A DNA stretch of 64,000 bases from Octopus vulgaris (lineage: Eukaryota). The stretch lies in NCBI GenBank assembly GCA_951406725.2, contig OX597816.1, positions 65,534,001 to 65,598,000 on the forward strand, given 5' to 3'. Shown here in pieces: positions 35,389 through 48,172 of this stretch. The notes under the pieces were generated by a model, which saw nothing but the letters and a program-made list of their open reading frames with translations, was not told the DNA's origin and did no database searches. The number at the start of each line of letters is the position of its first letter. Position 1 is the stretch's first letter. A program made the position numbers and the translations under genes.

Positions 35389-36502
35389 GGGGGGGGGGGG
35401 GGTTCACAATGCCGATTTTTGGCAATTTCTTGGAACCTCCGTATCCGAAAACGGGGATTTTTGGCAAAAAAAATTACAAAAATAAACAAATTTGGGAGAA
35501 AATGAGGGGGACGGGTGGAAGTCTTTCCAATTGGATGAAAGAACATTGATTGAAGTTGTGAAGAAAATATTTATTTCTACCGTTACAGGCAGATGATAAA
35601 ATCCAAAAGCATGCAAAGTAAAGATAGGTGTAGATTTTCCTTGTATAGTTTGTGTTTATGTTCCCGTCATTGTGTAGTAGTAATTACAGATAGAGATGGA
35701 GTGATGTAAAAGAAAATAAAGTGAGACAGTGAGAGTGAGAGAGTCGGGGAAAGTTGTCTCGCATAGTCGCTGATTGTAACTTTCTTTTTCCCCTCTGGCC
35801 GTTTGTCTAGCTGCCTGCTTGTGACCATCATTCTAGCGGTTCGTTCACTAAATGATGGTAGCTGTCTCAGACTCGAGTTGTCACCACTGACTAACTGACT
35901 TTTGCTTGGGGGGTTCTGGTTTTTAAAACTATCCAAAAGGATGGACATATCGTTGAGAACAAGGGATTTCGTTGGTGATATTTGTTATCTTAATTCTAGC
36001 TTTTGGTGATATAGAAGAGGTAAGAAGGGTCAAGTGGCGAAGAGGTCATTTTGCTTAGCTAAGGCATCTGGGAAAAGTAAACTGCTGACACAGAAAAAAA
36101 CTATTGTTTTACCGTGAGAAAAGTGCAGTTGAAGTGTTAATTTAAATTTGGCTATCTAGGATCGAATCTACTTCATGCCTGCAAGATTTACTACATATAT
36201 ATGTGGAAGAGCGTAGGCTCGAAACGTTAAAGACTTTTTCACTTCCCGAGCGTTAAACTAATACATCTGTTGTCCACACCACCTGTTTTCGTCTTTTGTT
36301 TCTTTTTTGTGAATTCTCCCTATATATATATATATATATATAGTTGGGGCGAGGTCATTTGACCCTGCTATCTCCCCTAATTTCGCTCTTACGTCTAACG
36401 CTTGATCCTTGACTTCTGGCCGAAATCAGATCGCCATGTTGATTCGCTAGCCTCTGCACGCATTTTTTTTCTCTGTTTCTCTCCGTGTTTCTTTTCTGTG
36501 TA

Positions 36503-36540
36503 TCTTTCTGTTGAAGAGCGTAGGCTCGAAACGTAAAAGA
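36503..36540 (+). ncRNA. Minimal hammerhead-like motif with variant core CUGUUGA, within a 300-bp dispersed repeat (36343-36640)
   Basis: TCTTT-CTGTTGA-A-GAGC gtag GCTC-GAAA-CG-TA-AAAGA; paralogs at 36202-36233, 46745-46782 and 47064-47101 (-). Confidence 0.55.
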
Positions 36541-37882
36541 CTTGTTTTTTTTTATATTCCTGAGCGCCATACTAATACAATTGTTTGTTTGTATTCCACC
36601 TGCCTTCGTCTTTTGTTTATTTTCATAAAGCTTCCCGTTATATATACACACACATATGATTTGAAGGTAGTTTGGCTCCTATTTTTAGTAGATTGAATGA
36701 CCATGTATGAGGGTTATTTCTATGATATATAGAGTTAGAAACTATGGATTAATTTTGTCTGGGGTTAGAGTTAGTACTAGGGTTGATGTTAAGGTTTTTA
36801 AATAATCGATAATCAATAATATGACGAAACATTCCAACACTCTTTTAACATCGTATATTCAGGGTCTTCGACAGCTAACATGAAGAAGTTAACCTCATCA
36901 GACTAGAGATCTCGCCTGAACGCTTACAGCAATGTGAACCCCGCTAGAAGCATCTAAGGGCCTGATAGTAACATAAAACAGAGCGACAGATTAACTCCTG
37001 GCAAATCAAGACTGAGATATTGTTTCAGTTCCTGAAACACTTTAGGTGCTAGTGTACTTGGGAAATACATGAAGTTTTTCACTTCCCATTAATTATGTCT
37101 TAATTATGTTTACTTTTATAATTACATTCACATCCAAGACTGTTTATTGAGATATTAAATTATCTAGTTGTTTACTGATTTTTTTATTTTATCGACTCGT
37201 AAACTGGTCTGTCTCTACATCATGTTTCGGTTTCCCGGGCAAAACAATGCTTGGGGCCTATAGTTTTTATTTATTGGCACCAACCAACAGTAGACAAAAA
37301 TCAGTATTGGCTTCCGAGACTTGCGGGAACCCTGGGCGATTACTCTCTATGCCAGTTCTTTAAGATGGCTCCGCTCGGAAGAATGAAAGATAAAATTGAG
37401 CGCGGCAGGATTTCTATAGGAAATGTAACTAGATACCACAGGCATTTTGTCCGATGCTGTTAAAATTCGACCAATCCACTGTCGTTTATTTCTTCAAGCC
37501 GAACCAATCGACGGAAAACCAAAGGGTAAACCAAAAATGATATGGCTGGATAATATCCAACATCTCAGCTGTCATGCTTGGGAGTTTAGCCGGGAAGTTT
37601 AAAGGCGGTTGCTTTTGATAGGACTCTATAGAATAAGTGTCTGAGGATCCTACACCCACGACCCTCACAGGAATAGTGGGAGGAGTAAATAAATGGGTGT
37701 ATGTGCGTGTTTGTGTGTTGGAAATGGGAATGGTAGAAACGATAGAGCATCAGTCAAAAATGCTGTGTGACATGTATTCAGATATCTTAATATTCTAAGT
37801 TAAAATTCCGCCAACAACTAATCTGTCATCTTCCTGATGTCACTAAATAAAAATACCAATCAAGTACATGGGCCCTTTGCTC

Positions 37883-38000
37883 GCTCTGGGCGCCATTGGG
37901 GCGACTGTACACAGCTACCGGCCCACAGTCGACGCTATGGCGACCAGAGCTCGCTCTGGGCACCATTGGGGCGACTGTACACAGCTACCGGCCCACAGTC
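37883..38000. repeat. 68-nt hairpin unit, 1.7 tandem copies; homolog at 53268-53385
   Basis: GCTCTGG/CCAGAGC, CGCCAT/ATGGCG and CGACTGT/ACAGTCG arms. Confidence 0.75.
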
Positions 38001-39119
38001 TGTATAATAAGGATTGTTCTTCTCTTCTCAAACAAATCAGCGTAATAGAATTTTATCAGGACACAATACATTGTTACTACGCCAGCGGCGTTGAAATGAA
38101 ACAAAAATCTTTCATGAAGTGTAAAGTTTGTAGCTGCATAGACTAGAGACCTTGTAGGGGAGATTCGAAACCTAATCGTTAGGTAATCGGCCAGACACCA
38201 TGAGTGAGCCACCAGTTTCATGTAATCAGTCTATAAATCGACCAATCAGCGTGATGCTGTGGCGTGATATGGTTTTCTCGAAATTCTACAATTTAATCTC
38301 TTGTCTCCTAAAGAAAACATTTTGGGGGCTCAATCCACCGCAGAGTGTTGGATGCGGCTGACTAATTCACGTGCCTCCTCTCTTGCCATACAGGCGATTC
38401 TTGATATTTGGACAAACTCCAGGTTCTCGGACAAACCCATTCCGAACATTTATACAATGTTTCATAAGTAACTTCTACGAACGCAGCGCAGTTTTTCACT
38501 GTCTCCCATTCAGCAATAATCAATATTGTTCATTGTGTGTGTTTGTGTGCTTGTACGCGTGTGTGTCTGTGTGTCTGTCTGTTTGTGTTTCTGTGTGTGT
38601 GTTCGTGTGTATGTATGTTTGTCTTCCACTACCGCTGGACAACTGTTGTTGTTTTGTTTAGAATAAGTAAAAGTCTTTAAAAAATGTGTTGGGCTCGATA
38701 TGTTCGACTAAACACTTTGAGGCGCTGCGCGAACATGACCGAGTAGAAGATAAACGATAAAAGATAAAAGAGCTAGGTTATAAAGCATAATTTGCCATGT
38801 AACAATTTCTCGTTTATTCAAACGATTTACCACATCCTTTGCGGGGCAACGACGTACCCCGATCAGAATAAATTTATCTGACCGAGCCGCTTTATGTAAA
38901 GACTTGAAATTTGGTACATGGAGTACTGATGATAGTACAAATCCTCAGAGACTTTGAACGACATCAATTAAACAATGAATCAATTTACCGATACATGATA
39001 AGTAAAGATGAACATCTGTGATTTTAGGGTTAAGATATGTAGCCATTTTGTATAGGCAATGAAAGCAATGAGGTGATTAATTGATAGGGCTTTAAAATTT
39101 ATTAGGCTGTCAGATAGTA

Positions 39120-40041
39120 TTAGGTTGTCAGATAGTATTAGACTATTGGCCACCTTTATTTTAATCCTTATTTTTTATCAGCAATTTGAACGAATCAGTA
39201 TTTTCTTCCATAGTTCATGATTTCTTGATAACGTTCCAATAACTCGTCAATGCCTTGACGGCAGAAATCATCGAGTCTTGGGCCGAAGAATTCATAGGAC
39301 TACGTTTTCAGCTCCACGCCGTTGTTGAACAATAGGCTTCGCAGACTGGTAGAGAGCGACCGAAAAAAAGTTATAATTTGAAGGTGCTATATCAGGAGAA
39401 TATGACGGGTGCAGTAGAACGTCCTAACCGAACTCTTGAATAGCATTTTCCATCAAATTGACATGGAAAACGTTGTCGTATTGAAGAAACACGCCATGTT
39501 GCCGGCATCCATGCATCGAGTGTTTGGGTTTTACTTATCGACTGGAAGTGATGAGTGACGGTATCGTGAGAGCATGCCATCTGCTGGGTCAATTCTCGGA
39601 TTGGCGTGGATCTTCGTGGATGAGTTCGTTCAATTGATCTTCTTTGAACTGAATAGTTCGACCAGAACACGGGATATCTGTGAGGTCGAATTTCTCCTCC
39701 TTGAAGCGTGAAAACCATTTCTGCGTCGTTCTTGCAGTAACAGCGCCTTCTCCGTACACAACACAAATGCTTCGAGCCGCTCTGACAGCCTTTGAATTTT
39801 GAATGAAAGCAAAGAGGAGCAGATGTCGAAAATATTCGAGGTTTTTTTTTTTCTCTACTTGGCACTCCTTCGTGATATGTCTGCAAAGAAGTAAAATTCA
39901 TTCAAATTTCAAAAGGGATAAACAACAGTTAGAGAGGAAGATCAAAGCTACAAAAGGACATAAAACACTATGGCAAAAATATTTTTCGCTTTAATTCAAA
40001 TAACATGGGAAAGAAACGAACGAAGTTATCTGACAATCTAA
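39120..40041 (-). mobile_element. Internally deleted mariner (Tc1/mariner) DNA transposon
   Basis: Broken transposase with HLLLFAF..AARSICAVYG..WFSRFK..ELIHEDPRQS..AWMP and YSPDIAPSNYNFFRSL; TIRs ttaggttgtcagata / tatctgacaatctaa flanked by TA. Confidence 0.85.
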
Positions 40042-40282
40042 TATGTGGTCCAAGTTTAAAACACGGTGCATGGATGCTGGCAATATGGCGTGCTTCTTCA
40101 ACACGACAACGTTCGCTCCATGTCAGTTTGATAGGAACTGGGGTTTTTTTTTATTTCATCATTTAAAATGTTTGCTACTAAACTGCATACCAATGATGTT
40201 GTCGCTTCTATGAAATTGGACATGCTTTATTGCGTTCACTTCGTCATGCCACAAAAGATAACGTACTTACTCTTTACCCTCT

Positions 40283-40491
40283 CTTTTACTCTTTTACCTG
40301 TTTCAGTCATTTGACTGCGGCCATGCTGGAGCATCGCCTTTAGTCGAGCAAATCGACTCCAGGACTTATTCTTTGGAAGCCTAGTACTTATTCTATCGGT
40401 CCCTTTCGCCGAACCGCTAAGTTACAGGGACGTAAACACACCAGCATCGGTTGTCAAGCGATGTTGGGGGGACAATCACAGACACACAAAA

Positions 40492-40550
<59 letters not shown>

Positions 40551-40720
40551 TACGACGGGCTTCTTTCAGTTTCCGTCTACCAAATCCACTCACAAGACTT
40601 TGGTCGGCCAGAGGCTATAGAAGAAGACACTTGCCCAAGGTGCCACCACGCAGTGGGACTGAACCCGAAACCATGTGGTTGGTAAGCAAGCTACTTACCA
40701 CACAGCCACACCTGCGCCTA
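40283..40720 (-). mobile_element. Family A SINE, full length
   Basis: Reverse complement of the family A sequence. Further partial copies at 44432-44640, 47152-47318, 51078-51410 (+), 57720-57855 and 58030-58172. Confidence 0.82.
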
Positions 40721-41103
40721 TACTTCCGCAATTTTTTTTTAGATTTTGACTGAAGTTAAATGAGTCACAATTCCTTAGAATATAGGAATGGTGTTGGTAT
40801 ACATCCAAAGGAAGTCCAATGTGTTAATGATATTTTCCCCCCAATACTTCAAATACTGTCAAATGATATAATGTAGAAAGTAATGGAATTTGATGAAATA
40901 TGCAGTGAAGATTGACAAGAGGAAAAACTTCATTGTGAACAGTGTTTGAAAGGGCAAAAACAAACGATGACATATGAAATACATCGAGCTAGCTATCAAT
41001 TTTTTGTATTAGTTAATTGTGTGTGGTTTTCTTGCTCTAGGTTATTCTTATTTGTGTTAACACTAAACGATAAATGTAGATAAAATTACACTTTCATTAA
41101 TTT

Positions 41104-43885
41104 TGTAGTGATCCTATACAACGGCGCGCGCTCGCGCACCGTCCATTTTCTATTTCGCGCGTGCGAGTGTTGGTGCCTTCACCAAGGCACAGAAAGGAAG
41201 GGCCCTCTCTCGCATGCGCGAACCACCGGAAGCACGACCCTTTTGTCTACGTGGTAGTTAGCCAAGGCAAGGGGGTCGTAGAACGTTTGACCGCTAGCAG
41301 CAGCAGCCAACGACTTGAGACAGCAGCGACTGAAGGCGACGGTCACGCATATTTTCTCTCCGTTCGAACTTGCTTCTAGCAGCACCTTACCAAAAGGCCT
41401 TTAACCAAATTGTTGTGGACCAACATCGTCTCCATTGTTCGCCGCCATCTTTAACCCGTTCTGTTTTTAGCGGCTGAACATTGTAAATATTACAATCGAT
41501 TAACTTTCAGCCTTGCGCGCCCAGAACCAAAGGGATACCAGATAACCACTTATTGTTACTGTTACCACATTAGAGAATAAAGTAGTATATATATCTTTTA
41601 CGTCTGCGTCTTGTTGTTTCTGACGGGTAGAATTCTGGATTATTAAAGCAATGGCTAGTGATTGCTTTCTTGTACCCCGAAAGTACAAGAGAATATATTC
41701 ACTCACCAAGTTCCTTACAGTGGTGAACCCCGACGTGATTCTGGTCTAAAACCAGAGATCACTGAACAACAAAAAAAAAATCCAGTTTTTCTGCGAGTCG
41801 GAACACGATTTAACTCTACGCAGTCATCATCTTTCGACGATTTGTTTCCGGCCACTACAAACAGTTGTAGAAGGAGCCTCTTTCTTATTCTACAGCCATG
41901 ATGACGGACGCCATCATATATTCGATGCCTTTTCTCCACCTTCGTCATCGCCATCGTCGTCTTTCTACTTCACGTCGTCGCTATCTTCGTCGCCATCATC
42001 ACTAAGAACGATGTTGTCTCAAGTCCACTACAGTCGCCAACACCACCGTCGCCTTTCAACACCGTCGTCCTCCACAAGATGTACATAGCAACTCGCGGAA
42101 CTTTAGCTTTCCCGCTGTTCGTGCATTAGCGCGCCAAGAATTAACAGCCCAGCACTATCTACGAGATTTCTTCTGTTCCAGTTAACCTGTCACAGCATTG
42201 AAGCCACAACCGCTACACGATATGTGTTCAACCGGCATCTGCATTTGTGATCTCAACATTCTGTTACAGAACGAACTGCTATTGTGCATCAGGCTATTAC
42301 AGACTGGTAAACTAACTCCATTGTCTGGAGTAGCCTTGAGAGACATTTTTTTCTATGCGCTGTATTTTTATTTTGCTTGCATTTCACCTTGTATGTATTT
42401 TTGTCGCACACACGTACACATACATAAATGCTATCTCTCACATACATACGTCACACATGCTTTTCTCGCTTGTTTTTTCCATGCTAAATTTGCCTTTTGT
42501 GGACACACCTCATTTCTATAGACCCTAGGGGTCACATATACATAGAGAGGGTTGTTTGTCCATTATAACGCGCCGGCATGCCATACCTTTGTTCCTGTAC
42601 GAACGAGGCATATAATCGCTCAACCACTGGCATATTCATTGCTGTTTTTCGGTCTGGCAAGCACTATTGCATTTCATGCGCCTTTTGTTCCGCACGTGTA
42701 CTTGCCTTGTTTTTGCAACACGTTTGCAGTAGCTTAGTTTTTTTCCCGACTCATAGGACGTCGGATGTTCACATGCGCTGCGCCATGTTTAGGCGTAATT
42801 ATTTTTCCCTGTTAGACCACTGTTGGTCACGTAATTAACAGAAAATTATCTGTGTCGCGCATCACACCAGCATGCTTGCACTTTTGCCTTTTGTGTTACT
42901 AGCGATCTTCTGTCAATTCCATTTCCTCTCCTGCAGCAATTGATTTAACTGCTATTTTGCAGGATCAACCACCTTTAGAGAAGTTGGATTTTAATTTCGC
43001 CTAGGTTCATTAACTGTGAGTTTGCTTTTCCCTCCGCTCCTTTTAGCGGAAGGCTCTATACTTTGTGACGTATACACTTTCATGCATGCACTCTTGATTT
43101 TTGCTCATTGAGTATTTTTTCTCTTTTTCCTTTAGTGAATTTCTTATGTATGATGTAAAATTTTACCATTTTATTATATTGTGTGCTATTTGATTATCTG
43201 GTATCCACCTTGAGTTTTATAGTCACTACAGGGAATTTTGTGTCGCGCTTACGCACTGGGGTGGAGCTCTGTAGTGATCTTATACAACGGCGCGCGCTCG
43301 CGCACCGTCCATTTTCTATTTCGCGCGTGCGAGTGTTGGTGCCATCACCAAGGCACAGAAAGGAAGGGACCTCTCGCGCATGCGCGAACCACCGGAAGCA
43401 CGACCCTTTTGCCTACGTGGTAGTTAGCCAAGGCAAGGGGGTCGTAGAACGTTTGACCGCTAGCAGCAGCAGCCAACGACTTGAGACAGCAGCGACTGAA
43501 GGCGACGGTCACGCATATTTTCTCTCCGTTCGAACTTGCTTCTAGCAGCACCTTACCAAAAGGCCTTTAACCAAATTGTTGCGGACCAACATCGTCTCCA
43601 TTGTTCGCCGCCATCTTTAACCCGTTCTGTTTTTAGCGGCTGAACATTGTAAATATTACAATCGATTAACTTTCAGCCTTGCGCGCCCAGAACCAAAGAG
43701 ATACCAGATAACCACTTATTGTTACTGTTACCACATTAGAGAATAAAGTAGTGTATATATCTTTTACGTCTGCGTCTTGTTGTTTCTGACTGGTAGAGAA
43801 TCTGGATTATTAAAGCAACGGAAAGTGATTGCTTTCTTGTACCCCGAAAGTACAAGAGAAGATATTCACACTAAAGTTCGTTTCA
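41104..43885 (+). mobile_element. Non-autonomous LTR retrotransposon (Gypsy-like, tRNA-Trp primed)
   Basis: Two 616-bp TG...CA LTRs (41104-41719 and 43270-43885); 4-bp TSD ATTT; PBS TGGTGA(A)CCCCGACGTGATT at 41721-41740 complementary to the tRNA-Trp 3' end; G-rich PPT-like tract before the 3' LTR; no gag/pol recognisable in the 1550-bp interior. Confidence 0.9.
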
Positions 43886-44641
43886 ATTTCATAGCAACAT
43901 TTTGCCAAAGGAGAAAAACTATACGTTAATTACAAAGAGAAATATACTGCCAACGGTTGATGGCTGGTTCCTAATTATCAAACATACTGACACATACAGT
44001 TAGAAATGGAATTTCAAACTGACTTCTGTATCGCAGTGTGGTATACTATTTCCAATAATGAGAGAAGATACAAGTTCTTTTACAAAGAGAACCTTGACAT
44101 TATTCCGCGTAGTATTTGATATGGAATCCATTAATTTTCGCAGGATATTAAAAGTTAATTTATTAGCATGACGTTTCAGCTGGTTTTCTTTATATGTACG
44201 TTTATTCATTGTACCAGATTACTCTTACGTGAATGTTTTATCATATCCAGTATCAATTAACCATCTAACAGCAAATATGAAGACAAAATTGTCATTAGCA
44301 AAGGCGAAATCATTCTTGTCGCCGGATCGCGTAGTGGTAAGTATTGAATATAGGTGTATAGAATTACCACCGCTATCAGTAAACTCTCCGTGGTAGTCTT
44401 AAAGAGGATGAAATTCTATTGCAGGAGTATTCTCTTTTACTCTTTTGACTGTGGCCATGCTGGAGCAGCGCCTTTAGACGAGCAAATCGACCGCCAGGAC
44501 TTATTCTTTGTAGGCCTAGTACTTACTATATCGGTCTCTTTTGCCGAACAGCTAAGTTACGGGGACGTAAACACACCAGCATCGGTTGTCAAGCGATGTT
44601 GGGGGACAAACACAGACACACAAACATACACACACACACAC

Positions 44642-44678
<37 letters not shown>

Positions 44679-44682
<4 letters not shown>

Positions 44683-45481
44683 GGTATGTGAAAAATACAA
44701 CATGGACAAGAACGTATAACTCTTAGAAGACGATACAATAAACACGGACAGGACATTCGAAACCCTCAGTCTTCAGTCAAGAACCGGATCATCGTAGTAA
44801 TTTCGGCTGATTAATCTTGAGATTACTAGATCACGGCCTCAAGAAAACTAAGCTGGAAGCGTAGATTTCCTGGAAGAAGGATCGATGCATACGAACACCA
44901 GGACAGCAAAGGGACAGATATAAAACAAAAAACAATAATGGAATACAGAAACATGAAATACGGAAGCATAACGGTGAAAACAACAGTGTCTTACGACTGA
45001 TAACAAGCAAACAAATTTTTCTCTGGCGCAATGGAAAAAGCCTTATAGCGGCGGACGAAAACAGCGATGTTAACACGACGAGGGTCAGGAGCTGAAAGGC
45101 AGATTTCGGAACAGTCACGTGACAGAGAAGAGGAAAGAAAAGAAAGAGAAGCAAAGGAAGAGAGAGAGAGGAGGGACAAACGCAACAAAGAGAGAGAGAA
45201 GAGAAGGAATCAGAGAGGAAAGGATGGGTGTCGAAACCTGTGAGTGCACGACAAAGAAATAGGAGGGTAGTGGAAGACTAGACCAAAGAATCAGAGAGAA
45301 GAGAAAAAGAGGATGAGTAGAGATAAAGAGAGAGAGGGGACAGATCAAGTAAAAATGAGAGAGAGAGAGACAAACAGAGAGTCTACAATTATTAAGAATA
45401 TGTGCTCACATTAATGTTAAGGGGTACGGGGCGCCTGGAATATATGTTAAGGTATGTGAAAAATACAACATGGACAAGACG

Positions 45482-45487
<6 letters not shown>
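44679..45487. mobile_element. 768-bp unit with 40-bp terminal redundancy between (TA)n tracts (Penelope pLTR-like)
   Basis: TTAAGGTATGTGAAAAATACAACATGGACAAGA(A)CGTATAA at 44679 and 45447. Confidence 0.5.
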
Positions 45488-45565
<78 letters not shown>

Positions 45566-45989
45566 ATAAATTTAAGGGTAGCAAAACATTCTAGAAAAAT
45601 TCTCCGCTACCAGCGGTCAAGTGAGAAAGAAAAGATAGTCAATAGGCTATATAATATACATTCAAATATATAAGGAATGGCCATAATAGGACATTAAACT
45701 CACTAGAAAGAGCAGCCAAACTCCAAACCACTAATAGTTGTAATTCTGAAATGGAAAGAAATAAAAACGTTTACCATTTCCCTCTCTGGACTATGCATAG
45801 TTTCGGCGAACTTTTTTTGCTACCCTTAAATTTATTGATTAATGATTTTTTGGCTAATTTTGAAATTAAATCGGCAGTTTATATTTGCTGCTGAGATAAC
45901 CGCGCGAGTGTGGTGGATTTTGAAAATTTATGGCATATAGATTCGAGGCATGCTTATTATTGCCTCGTGAATACATGTTTAGTCCTTGG

Positions 45990-46079
45990 CTTCTCTGCTG
46001 ATGAGGCACGCCAGTTGTAAATGAATTTAATTTTATTTATTTACTAAAGTTCGCCGAAACTATACATAGTCCAGAGAGG
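45990..46079 (+). ncRNA. Type I hammerhead ribozyme, canonical core, predicted GUC cleavage after 46071
   Basis: Helix I CTTCTCTG/CAGAGAGG; CTGATGA at 45998-46004; helix II GGC/GCC with an extended AU-rich stem; GAAA at 46056-46059; helix III ACTAT-AC-ATAGT; C17. Confidence 0.85.
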
Positions 46080-46201
46080 GAAATGGTAAACGTTTTTATT
46101 TCTTTCCATTTCAGAATTACAACTGTTAGTGGTTTGGAGTTTGGCAGCTCTTTCTAGTGAGTTGAATGTCCTATTATGGCCATTCCTTATATATTTGAAT
46201 G

Positions 46202-46272
<71 letters not shown>

Positions 46273-46563
46273 CCCCCCTTCTCCTCTCCTTCCTTCTCCC
46301 CCTTCTCTCCCCTTCTCTTCTCCTCTCCTTCATTCTCCCCTTCCCCCTCCTCTTCTCCCCTTTCCTTCTCCCCTCTTCTCCCCTCCCCTCTTCTCCCCTT
46401 TCTTTCTCCCCCCTCACCCTCCCCCTCTCCGCCCCCTTACCTCCCCCCCTCTTCCCTCATCTCCTCTCTCTACACTACACCATACGACTTTACACATCAC
46501 ATCATATATACATCTCTCATACACACACACTCTTCTCATACACACACACACACTCTTCTCATA

Positions 46564-46910
46564 CACACACACACACTCTTATGTTGGAGCGAGGTCATTT
46601 AACCCTATTATCTCCCCTAATTTCGCTCTTGCGTCTCACGTTTGATCTTTGACTTCTGGCCGAAATCAGATCGCCATGTTGATTCGCTAGCCTCTGCACG
46701 CATATTTTTTTTCTCTCCTTCTTTCTGTGTTTTTTCTCTGTGTATCTTTCTGTTGAAGAGCGTAGGCTCGAAACGTTAAAGACTTGTTTTATTTATATTT
46801 CCTGAGCGCCATACTAATACAATTGTTTGTTTGTATTCCACCTGCCTTCGTCTTTTGTTTATTTCCGTAAACCTGCCTTCGTCTTTTGTCTATTTTCATA
46901 AAGCTTCCCG

Positions 46911-46976
<66 letters not shown>

Positions 46977-47150
46977 GGAGAGTTCACGAAAAAACAAAAG
47001 ACGAAGACAGGTGATGTAGGCAACAAACAGATGTATTAGTATAACGCTCAGGAATAGAAAAAGTCTTTTACGTTTCGAGCCAACGCTCTTCCACAGAAAG
47101 GAACACAGAAAGAAACAAGGAGAGAAAAAAGCAAGGAGAGAAAAAAATGT
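46564..47150. mobile_element. Hammerhead-like repeat family: plus copy (46564-46912) and inverted relative (46975-47150) across a (TA)n tract
   Basis: High similarity to 36343-36640 and 36202-36320. Confidence 0.7.
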
Positions 47151-48172
47151 GTACGACGGGCTTCTTTCAGTTTCCATCTACCAAATCCACTCACAAGGCT
47201 TTGGTCGGCCCGAGGCTATAGTAGAAGACAATTGCCCAAGGTGCCACGCAGTGACACTGAACACGGAATCGTGTGGTTGGTAAGCATGCTACTTATCACA
47301 CAGCCACTCCTACGCCTGTAGGAGTATTAAAAAAATTTTCATGTGATCTAAGACCAACTGCAGTCCAGTGAAGTCTTTTTATGACACTTTCTGAACATTG
47401 AACATTTTGAAGGATATTCTTGATTTGAAGTAACTGTGGTGCATTTTGATACAGTCAGTTGCTAAAAAATGAGTTCGCGTCATTTAGGGCTGTCGCTATT
47501 GTGAAAGATGTTTATATAAGATATAGCCTTCTGGTGATCCCGAAACCTTTTATCTAATAGCAGGGTTCACGAAATTGAAACATCAGCTATCTACAACTCT
47601 TTATGTTGCATTGAGAAGGCGCGTACTTTAGTGGTTAGAGTATTCGGCTCACAATCGTAAGGTCGTAAGTTCGATTTCCGGCCGCACGTTGTGTCCTTGA
47701 GCAAGACACTTTATTTCACGTTGCACCAATCCACTCATCTGTCAAAAATTAGAAGTACCTGTATTTCAAAGGGCCAGCCTTGTCACATTCTGTGTCATGC
47801 TGAATCTCTCTGAGAACTACGTTATGGGTACGCGTGTCTGTGGAGTACTCAGCCACTTGCACGTTAATTTCACGAACAGGCTGTTCTGTTGATCGGATCA
47901 ACCGACGGAGTGCCCTTTTATCACGGATTCATTTATCACTGATCCGGGATAACACGATACACTCAATTGCGAACCACATTACGCTTGTTATGAATTGATC
48001 TGTGATAACACGGGTCGGCATTTAATCCAGGATTCTACATGTTATATTTTTTCAGCTAGATATTATATATATGTATATGTGTGTGTGTATATGGGCGTAG
48101 GGATTCACTGCGACATCAAGTTTCGTCTCTCAAAGCTTATCAAACATCAGATAGACAGACAGACACATATTA

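Noticed and set aside
43183-43545. 120-aa ORF duplicated at 41161
   Set aside because: It lies mostly within the GC-rich LTR and has no recognisable domain.
44000-44330. Possible exon or transposon coding remnant
   Set aside because: I recognise no motif and found no partner exons; left unassigned.
46129-46652. Pro/Ser-rich and YIYI/HTHT ORFs
   Set aside because: They are translations of polypyrimidine and dinucleotide microsatellites.
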